From: Chrysomallon squamiferum
Taxonomy: Eukaryota > Animalia > Mollusca
Length of the DNA: 64,000 bases
Direction of reading: 5' to 3'
Assembly (NCBI GenBank): GCA_012295275.1
Contig: CM022670.1
Location: forward strand, 34,658,001-34,722,000
The notes beneath the pieces are model-generated. The model saw nothing but the letters and a program-made list of their open reading frames with translations. It ran no database searches and was not told the DNA's origin. Positions 41,701-54,911 of this stretch are shown piece by piece. The position numbers and the translations under genes are program-made. Position 1 is the first letter of the stretch. Each line of letters opens with the position of its first letter.

Positions 41701-43424
41701 ACAAGTTTTAGATTAATTACTGTCTCGTGGATAATTGTTACTTTGATCTCTGCATTGTGACCACTGAGTACAAAATACAGATGTTTCCAGTTTCAGTTAT
41801 AATTTATTTCATTGTTTTTTTGAGAGTTCTAAGCACACAAACAAATTATATGTGTGTAGTATTTGAAGATATTTTTAGCATTTCAACATCACAGACAAGT
41901 AGATACATTTATTTTTGTACTTTTTATTCTAGCTATTCAGTACTCACAACAGTATGGATTATGTTTTCATTTGTAATTTATTTCATTGTTTAAACAAATC
42001 ACAGATACTTAAACAAGAATACTGTGTATTGTAGTAATGGAGAATATTTTACTACTAAGACAAGAACCAGCATTTGTAGCTTTAATTAATCATTTTGGAA
42101 TAAAGACAGCATCAGACCAACACGAAAATACAGCAAACAACTTATTTTTGTTTTGTTATTTTAGTGTCAGCAATATCCAATAAGATTTGAGAATTCTGTT
42201 TAAACTGTTTTTGTATAACAAGGCTTTAACAAATGAAACCATATAATAACACCAGTTTAATATCAATCAGGGAGAAACATGAGCTAGCATCCTATATAGA
42301 TTTAAGAACTTCAGTTTTTTCATTGCACACACAATAGGGGTTTTATATCAAAGAGAATTACATTGCAGAGGACATATTTGGGACTATGTCATTCCAACAT
42401 GTTTCCAAGAATTTTTAATAAAAATTTTGTAAATATTTATTATTGTGTGTACACAAACAACTGTATCATTTTACATTACAAATATCAACAATACATTTAA
42501 AATTATATGTTTTTATTCTTAGATCAATGCTATGGCAAACAAGGCTGCTGGCAAAGGTTATGAGAATGAGAACAACTATGCCAATATTAAATTTCATTTC
42601 CTTGGCATTGAGAACATACATGTAATGAGAACTAGTCTGCAAAAACTACTTGATGGTTAGTATTTTGTTTTATTGTTCCAGTGTATTACATATTGGATTT
42701 TTATTAACTTTTATGTTCGGGTAAGATTTTTAAAAGAAATTGTTTAATAATGATTCATATTACAGTATAGCATTATTAATTATAAAAACAAAATCCCAGA
42801 AATAAAATAGTCCTGATATTTTTGTATGTGCTGTTATTATTATTTTTTTTTAAAGATATATAGCTATTATCGATATGCTTATTTTTTAATAACTTTTATA
42901 TTACCACATTGATATTTCAGTCATGATATTTTTGTGCAATAAGTTTTTTGATTAAAAGGTTTAATATATATATATATTTATTTTTTATTAATATTATTTT
43001 TATTTTTTTATTATTACAAATATTATTATTATTTTCCAGTAACTGAGTTGAAAAATCCTTCTGTTAATTCTTTTCTGTCTGGACTTGAGAACTGTGGGTG
43101 GCTTCGACATATCAAGTCAGTGATGGAGACCTCGTATTTTATAGCTTTGGTAAATACACTTTTAGTTGTGTTTCTTTGTTTATTGTTAAAGAATACTTGA
43201 AGGTTTTTTTTGGTCAAGAAATTTGGTTATGTTTATGAAGCAATTTAGGATTAGGGGACATCTTTACTTGAGTACAGTTAGGCCATGTGCATTTTCGGGA
43301 ATGTAATTAGTAAAATATTTAACATGTCCAGATTGAAATGTATACCTATACGTGATCATAATTATTATGCTTTGTACAAAAATAAAAAGTTGGTTTTCAA
43401 GACTTTTTAGATTTCAGATAAATA

Positions 43425-43503
<79 letters not shown>

Positions 43504-46500
43504 ACTCTCCCCCTCTCTCTTTCTCTTTCTCTCTCTCTCTGTGTGTCTTTGTATCTGTATCTCTCTCTCTCCCTCATTCTCACACTGTCTCACACATCAA
43601 CACTCACAAATACAGTATGTTTAGTAAAACATTAACATCTCTAATAACTGTTGTTGTTGTTGTTTTAGGCTGTGATAAAAGGTATCAGTGTTTTGATCCA
43701 CTGTTCTGATGGGTGGGATCGCACTGCGCAGACTGCTAGTCTGGCCAGCTTGATGCTTGATCCGTACTACAGAACCATTCAAGGCTTTCAGGTACACTGT
43801 CATTAAAAACATGCTTCAAGCTGCTGGGCTTCTCATTCACCAGTAACAAGTTCAATTAGACCCGAGTTTCTTCATTTTATTTTAATATAAGGCTTCAGCA
43901 GTCTGAAAACAAATTAATTTGTTGGGTTTCTTTATTCTTCATTGTGCAGAACATTTTTTGTTTTGTTTTGTTTATCAAATGATACATTATTAAAGAAATA
44001 AATAATCACAATGGTTGCTTTTATGTTTTGATTAGAATTTATTTCCTGGTGCATTTTGTAAAAAAAAAAAAAAAAAAATGAATGGATTTGTGGGGGGGTT
44101 AAAATCATTTACTCACTGGAGCAAATCCTTTAATAATTGATTATTGAAATTAAGCTTCTTTATTTTGAAAAATATTAAAAAAAATAAATTAAATTTTATT
44201 TTTTCTCACATCAATTTAATCTGCTTTTAACTGATTCTTCTTCTTCTTCATTATTTATAAGGCAGGGTTTTTTTTTGTTTTTATTATCTTTCTCTCGAAC
44301 TCTGCATTCCACTAATAATTAACAGCAGAGCTTCCCTAGCCGAAGGTGAAACGAAAAATAAAGCTCATAGAAATTAATCACATTATTGATTTTCCTTTCT
44401 TTTTTTTTTTTCCTGCAGGCTTTAATTGAGAAGGAATGGTTGTCGTTTGGCCACAAGTTCACAGACAGGTGTGGATATCTGGACTCTGTTGAGTCGAAGG
44501 AAACTTCGCCAGTGTTCACACAGTTCATTGAGTGTGTGTGGCAGATGACACAGCAGTATCCGTGTGCATTCCAGTTCAACGAACGCTTCCTCCTAACTAT
44601 CCACGACCATGCCTTCTCCTGTCAGTTTGGAACCTTCATCGGAAACTGCGAAAAAGACAGGCTGGATTTAAGGTTACTTTTAAAAAACGTTTTTAAAAGT
44701 ATGTTTGTTTGTTTAATGCAAAAAAAAAAAAAAATTGGCTATTTTATGTTTCCTGTTATTTTAGTTCATTTAGTTCAATTTATATTTTTTTTAATTTTTT
44801 ATTATTATTATTATTATTATTATTTTGATTATGTCGAGTTATAATTTTGATGTTTTTGTCGGTTTCATTTTGTATATGTAATCTTAATGATATTATTTTC
44901 TGTTTTTTTCTAATTATTTAAAAATAATAATAATACAAATATTGATTATTGCTTTTGTTTTTAATCTAATTTTTTTTTTTCCCCCCTGTTTTCAGATTAC
45001 ATGAACGCACATACTCATTGTGGGGTTATTTGCACAAACACATGGCTGAATATGTCAATCCTCTCTTCAAAAAGGAATATGAAATCACCCACCCTGTGTT
45101 ATTCCCAAATATCAGACCTCAGTGCTTCAGGTATTAAACTTCCTCAAGTCAGAACATGCTTGAAAAATGTATTAGATTTAACTGTGTAAAGATTTAAATT
45201 TACCATGGAGAGCTAGCTTCAGAACATTTTAACATACACAAAAAGTAATAATAATAAAAATAATAATTTTAAAGAAGAAAGAGTGTGGACAACATTATTT
45301 TCAAAATTCTATTGTTTTAAAAGTATTTTTGAAAATAAACACCACTGTTCTTACAAAAATTAAATGTTTCACAACAGATGAAAAGCATATTGTAGAACAA
45401 GCAAAAATAATGGACGTCAAATGGTAAAGAACAAAACAATAAAAAAAAATAATAATAATAATAACAAAATACCTTCAGCCAGTAAATGAAATAACCAGAT
45501 AGATGTTAAACGAATATTTAAGTGCATCACAGAACAAACAGAAATAATAAATGTAAACAACAAAACATCAAAGGAATGAAAATATTGCCTAACATTAAAT
45601 GAAATAACCCCATTACGTGAGTGTTACATTTTGACAGGTTCTGGAAGGGAATGTACAATCGGTTTGAAAATGGAATTCACCCGAGAGAAAATGTGCAGGA
45701 CATTCTGAGTGCTGCTAAAGATCACAGCTCTTCTCTTGAAGACCATGTCAGACTGCTAGAAAAGGTTTCATCTTGTGTTATTATTGTCTTGCAGGAAGGA
45801 TTCCTGAATCTTAGAATGCTAACAAATCTTTCAAAAAAAACAACAACAACACAAAATTTTATTAATATTGTTATTTTCAGTTTGTTTAAGAAAGAAAAAT
45901 AATTATTTATCTTCAAATTATAGATTGTTCTTTATTTATAACAACGTGTGGAAAAGGTTTGAGATTTAAATACAAATGTTTACTGGATAGATAATTTAGT
46001 TGTATAGGTTTAAAACTGAACTGCAACATGCTTTATCATGTTTGTATTTGTATTATTATTATTATTTTTGTATATTTTACTTATTCTATCAATACCATTG
46101 TTAGAAATTCTTAGACTCACATATGTATGAATATTTTTATTTTGTCTCCACTGAGGTTTCTAATTTTTTGTTATATCTCATTTAAATAACTATTTAAGAA
46201 ATTTTTAAAAATATTATTTTGACCTTTTTCTCTTTCTGTACTGACATCAGTTGTTATTTACTTCAGAGGATTACTCAGATCTGCAAACTGCTCGGCAAAT
46301 CGGATGAAACCATACAGCGCAAACTTCAAGGCTTCCTCTCGATGGACTCCATTGACGGCTACTTGGCATCTCACCTTGACGACACGACCATTTCAAACAG
46401 CAGAATACCAAACACGGACGACACTGATCAAAAACTAAACCATCTTGAATCAGGTCTCAAGTACAATGACATTGCACAAAACCACATCAAAAGTGACTCG

Positions 46501-48515
46501 GAGTCGGGCTTCGACGAGTCGAGCTCGCAGATGTCGCGTTCGGGGATTGAGGATGGTAATTATACGATGGAAAACAGCATGCTTACTCGCTCTCCCAGCT
46601 CAGAGCAGCTCACTCTAGATCAGCTTGTCGCTGAAATGAAAACCGTAGCCCTAGACTGGAGGCCATTCCGCAATGTGCACAACTGCAGCTGTGCAACTCC
46701 TTTCGATCACTATATGAAGAAGGCAAGACTTAATTTCCTGTCCATTGTGCCTCACACCTTTATGTACCATTAACAACAGTTTACATGTCATCATCTCTTT
46801 CAGACCCCATCTTTCAGCCTGATCTTCCAAAATGAACCCGATTGCTGGGCTGCAGTTCTGAATCCTTTCTTACAGCAGCAAAACAATCTCATTTACATCT
46901 TAATCGAAACATCATTTCTGTTCATATTGTTTGCTGGCACATTAATGCACATGTAAAATCTTTTTTTTCTTCCTTAATCTGCAAAAATGGTGTACTTCTT
47001 ATTCTGCTACAGGTAGTTTTTACTGATACGGATGCTGGAAAAAAAAAAAAAAAAAAAAAATGCCATATTGATACTTAAACACTTGGAGACCGAAAATGCA
47101 AGAATATCTGGCACTGATGACATTCAGTCTTAATTGAAGTTTGATTTGTGTAATGAAATTTGATTATTTCAGTTTTAAACTTACAAATCCTAAATGAATG
47201 TCCCAGTTTTATCTGAGCGAGTAGGTACACTTGTTTTCACAATCTGTTTCTTGGTTGTTTATTGAATGCCTGAAGGTGTGATGCACTTTACCTTTTCCTT
47301 TCTCACAAATCAAAAACAGTTTTTTTTTACTTTATCATTTTATAAGATTTTTTTATGTTACAGAAATATTTCTAGACTTCATTTCAGATACTGCTGGTTA
47401 AGAATTGTGAAAGTATAATTTGTATCCAGCTTTTGTTTGTTCTAATACTACTTTTTTGTCTAATCACCTCCTTTACAAATACTCTAAACTCTGATATACT
47501 GTATAAGTGATTTTGATTGAAGTGTATATATAATCTATTAATTATGTTAGATAACAGAAATGTTGCATGACTTAATTATCCAGTTCCTATTATTTCTGAA
47601 TTTCATCTGTTTTTGTTATTAATTAAAACATATAATTATACCTATACACATGTATATGCTGTGAACTAACTGACAAACTAATTTTGATACTTAAAGCATG
47701 CAAAATGCTTCAGTGTGCAATATTCATAAAAGATGTTTCACCTTGAGTATCTTTGTTTTATACAAAAAAATTAAATTTGATTAAAATATATATGCATGAT
47801 CTTTAAATACCAACTAATATACTTTTTCCAGTAGACCAGTTTTGTAATCATGATACTGTTAACAAAAATATAATTTGTAAAACTTTGTATTTTGAATTTT
47901 TGAGATTAATTTGTATCAAGTAACCATAATTTTTTGGTTTCTGATTTTTAAAATGTATAACAAAAATATTTTTGGATAAACATAGATTATTAATAATTGT
48001 TTCAAATAAATAAATAAATAAATAAATTAATTAATTAATTAATAAAAAATACATAAATAAATAATAAATAAAAATAAGTTGACAAATCTTCTATTGTTTT
48101 TTCAAAATAAATAAATAGAATAAATAACTAAACAAGAGCAGTATTATTATTGTTTCTTTTTTTCTGTTTTTGTTTTCTTACATACAAATTTTTAATTTTT
48201 GAATGAAGATTAGATTAAAAATATTTTAAAATATTATAAATATATATTATAATTATAATTATAATTATAAAAACTAATTTTTTTTTTATCAGTTTAAAAT
48301 TTCATTCTGTACTGAGGCTTATTATAATAATATGGATATGTTGATTTTTTCCTTTCCAGTTTCACTGTTGGAAGTGCGGTGAGGTTTTCTGCACACGATG
48401 CATTGCTCGGAACATCCCTCTGCCAGGCCACTACTCTCGCAGACCAGTGTCTGTCTGCAAACCATGCTATCGTCAGATTCGACACTCACCCTCGATGGAG
48501 TTTCCTATCAGTTGA
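6181..48515 (+). CDS. MTMR6: Myotubularin-related phosphoinositide 3-phosphatase, MTMR6/7/8 subfamily (PH-GRAM, active PTP domain, coiled coil, variant FYVE), 738 aa
   Basis: 14 coding exons, 2217 nt in frame: 6181-6204, 28279-28395, 37557-37719, 38283-38437, 39003-39131, 40792-40926, 42523-42655, 43040-43149, 43669-43791, 44419-44672, 44996-45130, 45638-45764, 46267-46722, 48360-48515. N-terminus MDHIKTPK|[10 protein letters not shown], catalytic [37 protein letters not shown]. An invertebrate gene of this type is co-orthologous to vertebrate MTMR6/7/8. Confidence 0.95.
14250..14450 (+). repeat. Dispersed ~200-bp repeat, copy 1 (possible old TE fragment)
   Basis: Shares GCTGAGTA..AAAATGG, TGCATTCCATCAT, GAGCTA.AACATCCTC and AAAGAGTTCTTAATTCTGGAT with 17110-17303. 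Confidence 0.75.
14406..14577. repeat. Tandem duplication, ~85-bp unit x2
   Basis: AAAGGTTT..GAAAAAA..GTTACAAATTATAGTAACATTTCTTTAC...GAAATTATTTCCAG starts at 14406 and at 14491. Confidence 0.85.
17110..17303 (+). repeat. Dispersed ~200-bp repeat, copy 2
   Basis: Same-orientation diverged copy of 14250-14450. Confidence 0.75.
22219..22284 (+). CDS. Candidate alternative first coding exon 1b of MTMR
   Basis: [22 protein letters not shown] then AAG|GTATGT; phase 0 matches exon 2; preceded by an in-frame TAA (22207) and about 320 bp of GC/CpG-richer leader. Confidence 0.6.
22440..22775. repeat. Degenerate minisatellite, ~60-bp unit x~6
   Basis: Anchor TAATRATGAATTG recurs at about 22447, 22513, 22577, 22638, 22697 and 22755. 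Confidence 0.7.
23331..23397. repeat. (GA)n microsatellite
   Basis: Perfect GA run. Confidence 0.95.
23967..24106. repeat. Tandem duplication, ~75-bp unit x2
   Basis: TGTATTTTGAT..CAG.TAAATATTTAT..CAGAGTCAGAAAATATAT at 23967 and 24042. Confidence 0.8.
28279..28395 (+). CDS. MTMR6: MTMR exon 2 (PH-GRAM)
   Basis: ttgcag|[39 protein letters not shown]|gtaagt. Confidence 0.95.
37557..37719 (+). CDS. MTMR6: MTMR exon 3
   Basis: [28 protein letters not shown]...[19 protein letters not shown]. Confidence 0.95.
38283..38437 (+). CDS. MTMR6: MTMR exon 4
   Basis: [10 protein letters not shown]...[22 protein letters not shown]. Confidence 0.95.
39003..39131 (+). CDS. MTMR6: MTMR exon 5
   Basis: [12 protein letters not shown]...[22 protein letters not shown]. 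Confidence 0.95.
40792..40926 (+). CDS. MTMR6: MTMR exon 6
   Basis: [24 protein letters not shown]...YVVDTRPK. Confidence 0.95.
41007..41087. repeat. Tandem duplication, 41-bp unit x2
   Basis: CTTTTGA..TAACAATATTCATAACT.TGTTTTGAGTGAC at 41007 and 41048. Confidence 0.85.
42523..42655 (+). CDS. MTMR6: MTMR exon 7
   Basis: [19 protein letters not shown]...[16 protein letters not shown]. Confidence 0.95.
43040..43149 (+). CDS. MTMR6: MTMR exon 8
   Basis: [36 protein letters not shown]. Confidence 0.95.
43428..43570. repeat. (TC)n microsatellite with degenerate tail
   Basis: Perfect to 43499, then degenerate. Confidence 0.95.
43669..43791 (+). CDS. MTMR6: MTMR exon 9 (catalytic CX5R)
   Basis: [35 protein letters not shown]. 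Confidence 0.97.
44419..44672 (+). CDS. MTMR6: MTMR exon 10
   Basis: [19 protein letters not shown]...[18 protein letters not shown]. Confidence 0.96.
44996..45130 (+). CDS. MTMR6: MTMR exon 11
   Basis: [24 protein letters not shown]...NIRPQCF. Confidence 0.94.
45638..45764 (+). CDS. MTMR6: MTMR exon 12 (start of coiled coil)
   Basis: [17 protein letters not shown]...[10 protein letters not shown]. Confidence 0.94.
46267..46722 (+). CDS. MTMR6: MTMR exon 13 (linker plus first half of FYVE; GC donor)
   Basis: cttcag|[10 protein letters not shown]...[23 protein letters not shown]|GCAAGA. Confidence 0.88.
48360..48515 (+). CDS. MTMR6: MTMR exon 14 (second half of FYVE, stop)
   Basis: ttccag|[14 protein letters not shown]...[23 protein letters not shown]. 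Confidence 0.92.
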   Translation, partial: FHCWKCGEVFCTRCIARNIPLPGHYSRRPVSVCKPCYRQIRHSPSMEFPIS

Positions 48516-51500
48516 TGATGAATTGTCAGACTGGTGTTTAATTCTTTCATTGTGTGAATAATACATATACAGAAAAGAAAGCGAAAAAAAAAAAAAAAAA
48601 AAAAATAATGATAATAATGCAGTGATAATGATGACATTGCAGAAAGGTGATAAGCACAGAAGACAAATTTATAATATTAATAATATTAAGTGTGTTATTA
48701 ATATACTTGTTTTGTTGTCAGTTCAACGAAAGAGTGTTCGGTGTGTAAAACTGATACATTTGTTGCTGCTTCAGATTGTGTGTGATTTATAAAAAATATT
48801 GCTTGTTAAATTAATTTTACTGACATGAGTGATGATGTATCTTGTACACTGGAGGTATATTTCAAAATCATTGTGGATTACTAGCTGAATATCAACCATA
48901 TGTTTGACATCTCAGACAAAGGGGAAGTTTGAGGAAACTGTGCGTTTTTGTGTTTTATAAATTCTTTTTTATATTCAGTTTTGTCACATCTGTGGTTATT
49001 CTAGCAATTTAGTGTTAAAAGTAGTAACTGAAATAGTAAGTGGGGGGGAGGATCGTAATTAATGTTGTCTTTTACTGTCTTTCACCTTATTTTGTCTTTC
49101 CACAATCATGTTAAAAACCATTCTTGAAAATTAATTGGAATTGATGTAAAAGTTACTGAAGACTGGTATCTATGAATTAATGGCTATGCTATTTATTGGT
49201 ATTTTTTAAAGTGAAGTTATCACAGTTCGTGAAAGAAGTAAGAAATACTTAGAATCAGGATAATTCATCATTAAAAATGAAGAAATAAGAAAAACAACTA
49301 AATTTATGATTACACTATTTTATATCCAAAATGATTAAACCTTTTCTGTGAAGAAAATAATAATGAATTAGTAAATTACCTTGGAAATAAAACCCTGTTA
49401 TCTCTATTCCAGTTTGTGGAGTAGAAGCTTATTTCATATTAACCTACAACATTTTGTACTTGCATTATACAGAGCAGCACCTTAAAGCCAGTATTTTTCT
49501 GTGTGCACAAATCACTGACTGGTTGTCTTATTTTAATCAAGAACATTTTTATTTGTATTTCTATTATTCTTCTTCTTATTTTTAAAAAGTGATTTAATAT
49601 AATTTTGTATTAAAACATCTAGCTAAGCTTTTAAGACCTCTGCACAAACATCTTGTCTTGTACATTTGTTTATTGTTTCTTGTTAAATTTCATCTGGCTG
49701 CTAGGTACTAGACATGTTGTATGTAAATCCTGTTGATAAAAAAATAAATAAATATATGTGTATATATATATACATATATACACATATATTATTTCCATTG
49801 TTGTGATCATGACTCAGTGCAATAGTAACAATACAAGTTATTGTTGATATATTTTGTTTTATTTTTGTTGCCGTTTTTATTTCTTTCGCACATTAAATTT
49901 CTTTCTGTATGCACATTATTTTAACGTTTACTTTCTGAATTATAAAGATATGTATAGATTTTCTAAATGTGTTTATTATGACGGAAACACAACAACAACA
50001 AAAAAAGAAATCATAATAATAAAATTATATATACACATAATACTAATAGTGTTATATAAATGTCTTTAAAAATTGTTTAAAATTAATAATATATATTACT
50101 CTTTTCCAGTTAATAATAATGTCTTCTCCAAAACATCATATATAAAGTTTTAAAAATATTCTATATATCACAATATTACATCATTTGAGGGCATCAGTTT
50201 AATTGTAAGTGAAATAAAATAACTATCAGAAATTATACACAATGTTTTAATCTCCATTTTTTCTTAATCTAGTCACTGGATTTAGGACATTTTATATTTA
50301 TACATAAACTGTTTGGAGCGAAGGGAATAAAAATATAAATAATAATAATATACCTGAATGAGATGTACGAAATGATTATATTAATCTATAATATATTCAT
50401 TTAAATTTTGTATTCTTTGAGTATGTTTTGCTTACATCATGCATGCATGCATATTAAATTCATTATGAACATCTTAATCCATATATAATTCCAAAATTAA
50501 TTTACCTATATGATACATGCAGGAAACATACTAGGATACATAGATTTTCAAAGAAATTATTTTTATTTGGATTGTTCTGCTTTTGTTTTATTTAGTTTTT
50601 TTTTGTTTTATTTAGTTTGTTTTTTTCATGCTTTTTCAGCTTAATTTGTCCTAACATCATTAAAGATTTGGTTAATCAAAACTGCTTAAAGAAATAATTT
50701 TTAAATGTAAAAGGTCACATATTGAGTTAATTTTTGTTTGGATTTTGAAAATAATAAATGGTACTGGTTGTATTATTTTCTCTACATCAAAACATTCCAT
50801 TATTTCTAAAATTGTATTAAATCATGTAAAATTATTTAGATTTGTTTCCTGAAGTACAAAAATTTTTGAAGGTAAAAGTAAAATTATATAAACCTGTGTT
50901 AACCAAAGCAAATTTCATTGATTCATACTACTTGCTATTTATTTTACGCATTTTTCAATTTCCAATATTTTTCGTTTTTAAATTTAAAAAAAAAAAAATT
51001 TTTTTTAATTTTCTATCATTAATATTGCCTATATAGATTTGTTGTAATTTATCCAGTTAATTTATAACAATTTGCGAAGATTATGGCATACATGACTAAT
51101 TTGATGTGTACTTGTAAATAAATTAATTTGGGTTCTTTAATCAGACTGATGTATCTGGGATATGTATCCAACAAAAGATTTAATATTATTATGTACTAAA
51201 ATGCTATACATTTTTTTAAAACAAATATTATCAGGAACTGTGTTAAATTAATATTGGTACATTTTCACTTTTCTTTCTTTGGTTAAAGAATCAGAAAACT
51301 GCAGTAAAATGAATTCATTTTGATCTATAATAATTTTATTTTTATTTAAAAATTAAAGCATCATGTCTTTATAGATGAAAACTGATGCGACTCAGTTCAT
51401 TTTGATAACCAGGAATTTGATTTTTAATTTCAGTATTAATATTTTTTAAAGAATTTAAATCATGTCTGTACAGATTATATTGCCGTATCAAAAGAACAAT

Positions 51501-52330
51501 CCAATTAAGAGCTACACCTGTTGTTTGTGCCAGATTTAGTTTTATGTGGCTTTAAGACAACAAATACATACAAAGTAAAATCTTTCCTTTTTCACTTGTT
51601 GATCACTCTTGCTGTTTATGCAATTGTAGAAGTGTACAGTTTATTACAAAGAGCTACTTGTAGATCTGTGTAAAATGATATATATATATATATAATCTGT
51701 TAATACTGACATACATAATAGAGAAATAAAATATGATTTAGACATCATTTTTTTGTTTTGTTCTGTTTTACAATATATATTTTCTTCTCATTTAGTTATG
51801 AAAACTTATAAACAGGGTATCTGCAATTGACTGCCAACTGAAGTAACCTTTCTACAACAGAATATGGATTCCAAAATCAATAACTTTCAATGGCAAAAAA
51901 TGTTTTCAAATTTTTACATGACTTTGTTGATACAAACCATATTCAATGAGTAATTTATTAAAAATATATAAAATACCTGCAAAATTTGTATATAAATAAA
52001 GGTGGATTTCACATTTAGATTTGTATCCCATTCTCTGGCTATCTCTTTAAATTTTAAAATGCAAAATCTAAAAGAATTCTACAGCTAAGAAAATTTCATA
52101 TGAAGATGCTGAACCTGTTTTAAAAATTTGTTTAATACTGTAAACAAGTAATATATATTTCAATTGTCTCAGAGTTCGAACATCCACTTAAATATTTTGT
52201 GATTTTCAGATTTTAAAAGGTATCTAACAACATTATTTCTAATAAGACTAATTTTTCTTGATAATCTCATTTATATTTCAATTTTGATTTCTTTTTTAAA
52301 ACAAATATTTTTGAAATTACAAGAGCACAA

Positions 52331-52560
52331 ATAATAAAGATAAAATTTTAATTTTCATCAGCAAAATTATGAAGCAATCAGTAATTCATTAACAGTTAGA
52401 TAGGTGTGGCATGTTCATGTATATGCAGAGAATGTTGGCATTTTTTTTCAAAATTTGTTTATCTGATATAGATAGAACAGTTATTTTATAAGACAAATAC
52501 TTCCATGCTGCATCTAACCCATATAAAATACTAAATAATGGTTAACTTAGAATTCAGCAA
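52331..52560. repeat. Copy of ABCC last-intron segment (paired with 55746-55960)
   Basis: Shared AATAATAAAGATAA, TTTTCATCAGCAA, TAGATAGGTGTGGCATGTTCATGTAT, AAATTTGTTTAT, TGCATCTAACC. Confidence 0.8.
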
Positions 52561-53801
52561 CCATTGAGTCATTGATATATGTGTTCAATCTTTTTATGAC
52601 ATCATCATATTCTGAGATATATTTAAAAACAACAGCAGTAACACATTGTGTCAGAGGGTCTTTAATGCTTTGTAACAAAAATATACAACTGAGATTCAAC
52701 AAGATAACTTCAATGACTAGCACTAGTAACAATAACAACAATTGTCTGTCCAGTCTTTTTAAACTGACTAAATATTAGTTAAATACACATACAAGACATT
52801 CTGTACAAAGTATTTCATAAATAAGTAACCAGTAAGGGAAGTATTGCTTGAATAAATATATCATTGCATGTCTGTAAATGATATGTAGGTTTAACCTATC
52901 TTTTATAATGATTTAAAAAGAACTTGATGAATTGGTTTTCAGTTCTTTATACACATAATATATTAGGTAATAATGAAAACATAAATTTTTCTATTAATAT
53001 CTTCTGATTATAAAATTAAAAAAAAAAAATGATAATAGTATATAATAATAATAATCAAAACCACTATTTGTTTTCTCAGCACTAAATTGAAATTTGCAGT
53101 AATCAACATTTTCCATGAACCCTGAGCCTTTATAAAAACCAAATTAAGGAATGTTATTTTAAATTAAAAATTTTAAAAACAAAAAATTAAATAACATTTC
53201 ATGAAATAAACTTTTCATTATAAACCAAAATCAGTTGCACATTTTAATAAAAAAAAGTCTAAAAGACTGTAAAGGCCCCCCCAAAAAAAAGAAAAAAAAA
53301 GAAAAAGAAAAATAAATTAAGAAGAAAAAAGTGTAGAGTGGTAAAAGCATGGTAATGAAATAAAAATGGTATTTTTTGTGATAATAAAATTTACAAAGTG
53401 TTATGTGAACTAAAGGCAAAAAAAAACCTTGAGTCAGTTTGTATTTACCTCAAAGTTTGCTAAACTTTCTCAGAAACATATTCTTAACTTGAATAATGCA
53501 CAATAGAACAGAGGTTTGGCTTAATATTGTATTTAATATTCTGTAAATTGTCATACATTAGTATATCTTTTTATGACACAAAGGAATAAAAATATATATC
53601 AATGCTAAAACATATTTTAAATGTAAAGCCTAGTAAAATAATTTTAAAATATTTTTACAGTTAAATATCAAAACAAATATTTCAATATTAAAATATGAAG
53701 AAATGTTGTAAAAATGTGTTTTTTTTTTAAATTTTATTTAAAACATCCATCTTTCAAACATTCATTAAAATCTTTCCATATTAACAGAAATCACTGTAAC
53801 A

Positions 53802-53843
<42 letters not shown>

Positions 53844-54233
53844 AATATCAAACTGTTTGCTTTTTCCTGCTAAATTTTTAATAATTCTAAAAATATACAA
53901 AGTAAGTCATAAAGCTTTAAAATGATCCAATGTTCATTGGTGTTTTGTGACTCAAAATGAATTTATTGCATTTTAAATTAATTGGGTGGTATTGCAATTT
54001 GAGCATTTTATAATGAATCCTAGCAAGCTTTTTGACATAAACAATATATTTATAAACTTTGTTTTTTTGCTTTGTATATGGTTCTAGTAAATCAGCCTAC
54101 CATTGTAGAATCTATAAATGTAAAAAAAAAAAAAAAAACAACCCTCCCAAAAAAACAAACAAAACAAAAAAGAATTAAAAATATTAAACAAAACTAGAAT
54201 CGTATCAAATTGTTAAAAATGTAAAACTTTCTG

Positions 54234-54248
54234 ATGTATGTATGTATG

Positions 54249-54281
<33 letters not shown>

Positions 54282-54302
54282 GTGTGTGTGTGTGTATGTG
54301 TG

Positions 54303-54336
<34 letters not shown>

Positions 54337-54354
54337 TGTATGTATGTGTGTGTA

Positions 54355-54387
<33 letters not shown>
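54234..54387. repeat. (TATG)n/(TG)n compound microsatellite
   Basis: Seen directly. Confidence 0.95.
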
Positions 54388-54911
54388 AGTAATGATTGCT
54401 TTAAGCAGTTTTCAGTGCACTTTATAAAAACAGGTCCCATGGAATGAATGATACACACTATTATACATATCATTATGGTCATTTCACTGAGATCAGTTGA
54501 AAATGTTTTATGCTGTAGTTTGTTCATGTCATAGTCTTAGAATGAAAATAAAATATACAAGTTGCATGATGCACATACAAACATTTCTCATTGCCCTTGG
54601 CACTGGTTCATGGGTATTTTGGTAAAGATAAATAAAAAGAATTTAGTACAATCATTATCATTAAGAAATCATCTGTTTCAAAAGCAGATTTTTAGTTTTT
54701 GTAATTTATTATCATACAACAAGCATCCACTAATTTTTCATCTATGACCATCCATTTTCCACCATCAGTCTGTTTTTCATTAATTCATTCATCCATCATT
54801 CATTCATCTACTCACCATTCACACACTCCATTCAATTATTTGTTCATTCATCCACCCATCCATCCATCCATCATTCATTCATTGATTCATTTATTCGTGA
54901 GCACTGTTATT

